Assembly (NCBI GenBank): GCA_016190895.1
Contig: JACPPR010000008.1
Location: 3,335 to 67,334 of the forward strand
Reading direction: 5' to 3'
From: Chloroflexota bacterium
GTDB lineage: Bacteria > Chloroflexota > Dehalococcoidia > Dehalococcoidales > UBA2162
Length of the DNA stretch: 64,000 nucleotides
Under the pieces are notes generated by a model. That model was given only the letters and a program-made list of their open reading frames with translations. It did not search any database and was not told the origin of the DNA. Made by a program: the position numbers and the translations under genes. Shown piece after piece: positions 62,478 through 64,000 of the stretch; positions within the stretch are counted from its first letter, which is position 1; every line of letters begins with the position of its first letter.

Positions 62478-64000
62478 ATGGTTATTTCATTGACAACGCC
62501 TGCCGGGAAATCACCTGCCCTCAGTGCCAGAAAGTCATATGCCAGATTGCCTGAAATCATATCTGTCCCTAATCTGATAAAAGTCCAGCTAGACTCATTC
62601 GCCTGGTTCCAGCAGGAAGGACTGAAGCAATTACTTGAAGAGATATCGCCCATCACTGACTTCACCGGCAACAGGCAGGAAATCAGCTTTGTCAGCTACG
62701 AATTCCGGGAACCGCGTTATTCGGAGCAGGAATGCAACCAGCGAGACCTGACCTACTCGGCTCCTCTTTACATTAAGGCGAGGCTGCTGATAAAAGCAAC
62801 CGGTGAAATCAAGGAGCAAGATATCTTCTTCGGTGATATTCCTTTGATGACTACTAACGCCACCTTCATCACCGGTGGTGCGGAGCGGGTAGTGGTAAGT
62901 CAGTTACTCCGTTCCCCAGGCGTTTATTTTATCGGTGAAGAAGAATCGGGCAGCGGCCAGGAACTTTGCCGTGCCAAGCTAGTCCCCGACCATGGCGCCT
63001 GGCTGGAGTTCGAGAGCAGCAGCCAGGACGTAATATCGGTAAAAATAAATGGGAAACGGAAAGTGCCGGCGACAACGCTGTTGCGCGCTATCGGCTACAG
63101 CACCGATGAGGCAGTACTTGAGCTTTTCTCCAAAGAAGATAATAATCAGGACCATCAGTACATCAGGTCTACCATGGAGCGTGAGCCTTCGGTCAGGGAT
63201 GAGTCCGAGGCTTTGCTCAGCATTTATCGGAAGTTGCGCCCGGGGAATCCGCCCAGCCTCGATAATGCCAAGAAGCTGGTTGAAAGCATGTTCTTCGACC
63301 CTCTGCATTATGACCTGGGGTATGTCGGGCGTTATAAACTAAATAAGCGGCTGGGGATCAGTGTTCCGGAAAACCGGAGGGCTCTCACCAGAGAAGATAT
63401 CGTAGAAATAATCCGCCGTATCATTATGGTCAACAATGGCACCGACAAGGCTGATGACATCGACCATCTGGGCAACCGGAGAGTGCGTACTGTCGGTGAG
63501 CTGATTCAAAACCAATTTCGCATCGGTCTGGTGCGCCTGGAGCGGGTAGCCAAGGAGCGCATGAGCACGATTCCGGCCGAAGCCGCCACTCCCAGCGCCC
63601 TCATCAATATCCGTCCTGTAGTGGCGTCTATCAGGGAGTTCTTCGGCAGCTCTCAGCTATCACAGTTTATGGACCAGACCAACCCTCTGGCCGAACTGAC
63701 TCACAAGCGCCGCCTTTCGGCAATGGGTCCTCGGGGACTATCCCGCGACCGCGCCGGATTTGAAGTGCGGGATGTCCACTTTTCTCATTACGGCCGAATC
63801 TGCCCTATCGAGACACCAGAAGGACCGAATATCGGCCTCATCGGCTCCCTGGCTACCTACAGCCGGATTAACCAGTATGGTTTCATCGAGACTCCCTACC
63901 GCAGGGTCATTTCCGAGCTAGATGATAACTTTGACAAGCTGGAGGATAGAGTCGCCAGAGAAGCAGTAACTGATAAAGGTAAAGTAATCATAAAAGCCGG
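62478..64000 (+). CDS. rpoB: DNA-directed RNA polymerase subunit beta (5' part, runs off the window)
   Basis: Not in the ORF track because no stop occurs in the window. AAGGAG RBS, then [44 protein letters not shown]. Later come the rifampicin-cluster-type motifs [15 protein letters not shown] and RRLSAMGP. Confidence 0.93.
   Translation, partial: MVISLTTPAGKSPALSARKSYARLPEIISVPNLIKVQLDSFAWFQQEGLKQLLEEISPITDFTGNRQEISFVSYEFREPRYSEQECNQRDLTYSAPLYIKARLLIKATGEIKEQDIFFGDIPLMTTNATFITGGAERVVVSQLLRSPGVYFIGEEESGSGQELCRAKLVPDHGAWLEFESSSQDVISVKINGKRKVPATTLLRAIGYSTDEAVLELFSKEDNNQDHQYIRSTMEREPSVRDESEALLSIYRKLRPGNPPSLDNAKKLVESMFFDPLHYDLGYVGRYKLNKRLGISVPENRRALTREDIVEIIRRIIMVNNGTDKADDIDHLGNRRVRTVGELIQNQFRIGLVRLERVAKERMSTIPAEAATPSALINIRPVVASIREFFGSSQLSQFMDQTNPLAELTHKRRLSAMGPRGLSRDRAGFEVRDVHFSHYGRICPIETPEGPNIGLIGSLATYSRINQYGFIETPYRRVISELDDNFDKLEDRVAREAVTDKGKVIIKA

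Overview
About 64 kb of moderately GC-rich bacterial chromosome, mostly housekeeping genes. Gene content and order suggest a Chloroflexota/Dehalococcoidia-like monoderm; this is inference, not a database hit. The supporting features are ClpC-RadA, IspD/IspF-CysS, a bacterial Elp3, a B12-riboswitch-controlled corrinoid ABC operon, and lipoproteins with long P/T/A-rich linkers. I can support the following: a stand-alone 5S rRNA; about 55 protein genes, including clpC, radA, queF, ispD, ispF, cysS, msrPQ, flavodoxin, Fe/Mn-SOD, sucCD, an AbfD-type 4-hydroxybutyryl-CoA dehydratase, btuF/cbiA/btuF/btuC/btuD, hemL/hemB/cobA-hemD/hemC/sirC, trpB2, htrA, ileS, elp3, an ECF sigma/anti-sigma pair, an OmpR/HK pair, macAB-like efflux genes and the 5' part of rpoB; a cobalamin riboswitch; and a T-box leader on ileS. 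Three things stand out. (1) Nearly every intergenic gap, including gaps inside operons, is filled with mosaics of short nested hairpin repeat modules from at least six sequence families. Some are bracketed by terminal inverted repeats, and one pair of copies shows one module inserted inside another. (2) An AT-richer island at 26.1-27.5 kb has its own promoter, a small acidic protein, a 309-aa protein with a PD-(D/E)XK-like C-terminal half, and a truncated gene remnant. I read it as a candidate uncharacterised two-gene nuclease/defence module. (3) An AT-richer two-gene cassette at 30.1-30.9 kb has its own promoter and splits the heme operon between hemB and hemL. Its first protein carries an N-terminal HYT...LYVT pattern reminiscent of HYD1-type ADP-ribosyltransferase toxins, so it is a candidate toxin-immunity pair. 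Further notable loci are a divergent Elp3/Trm9-like pair, a signal-less BtuF paralog plus CbiA inside the corrinoid uptake operon, and an 885-aa double flavoprotein fusion coupled to the tetrapyrrole operon. All functional calls come from motif recognition by eye; no searches were run.
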